The notes under the pieces: model-generated | Databases searched by the model: none | The model's input: only the letters and a program-made list of their open reading frames with translations | Told to the model about the DNA's origin: nothing | Shown here: positions 63,701 through 64,000 of the stretch, one piece after another | Position numbering within the stretch: position 1 is the stretch's first letter | Layout of the letters: each line of letters opens with the position of its first letter | Source of the DNA: Vicugna vicugna | Taxonomy: Eukaryota | DNA length: 64,000 nucleotides | Direction of reading: 5' to 3' | NCBI GenBank assembly: GCA_013265495.1 | Contig: MU058781.1 | Coordinates: 5,645,050 to 5,709,049, forward strand | Position numbers and translations under genes: made by a program

Positions 63701-64000
63701 CGCCCTGTGCTTGGGACCTTGGAGGAATGTCGGCCAGGCTGCTCTGGCCACAGCGATCAAAGCTCCATCTCGGGGCAGACCTTCCCAGGCGGGAGAACAG
63801 GTGTAGCCCACCCTGTTCCTAGGGTCACGGTGAGGCCCTTCCAGAAATCCAGCCACATGTCTCATCCTAACCTCCTCAAGCCCCACATTCGTGGTTGTCT
63901 GTGAACACACCTGACCCAAGAGGAGAAAAACCAAACCGAAAAAAAAAAAGGGTAGCGGGGGAAGAGGAAGAGGAAGAGACTCCTCCAAGGGCCAACGCCA

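Noticed and set aside
506..63988. The short ORFs in the six-frame track as protein-coding genes
   Set aside because: They are short, overlap on both strands, often start at non-ATG codons, frequently lie in repeats or low-complexity tracts, and show no recognisable domains. Only 57975-58310 and 58385-58732 have homology, to L1 ORF2p.
1..64000. CRISPR arrays, operons, prophage or other prokaryotic systems
   Set aside because: No regularly spaced repeats or gene-dense ORF structure. The repeat content is that of a eutherian mammal.

Overview
This is mammalian, not microbial, DNA. It is a repeat-interspersed non-coding stretch that looks like a very large intron or gene desert. I could not recognise any host protein-coding exon, RNA gene, CRISPR array or operon. 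The only ORFs in the track with real homology are two decayed LINE-1 ORF2 C-terminal fragments (57930-58947); the rest look like chance ORFs. Three tRNA(Ala-AGC)-derived SINEs with an AAATAAATAAACCTAATTACC-type tail resemble the camelid Vic-1 family, so the source is probably a camel, alpaca or llama (from recall, not a database search). Ancient eutherian repeats are scattered throughout: MIR, L2, MER5, MER20, MER63, a MER8/Tigger-type MITE and an MLT1 solo LTR. At 55-59.7 kb, several younger retroelements with readable target-site duplications (TSDs) are nested in an old L1. Between repeats lie TE-poor blocks rich in octamer, homeobox and forkhead motifs, a CpG-dense patch, a CTCF-like site and a few minus-strand exon-like signals, the best at 32350-32398. 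I found no convincing new biological system. The findings are hypotheses about splicing, regulation and retrotransposition history. Boundaries of old repeats are approximate and family names come from remembered consensus sequences.
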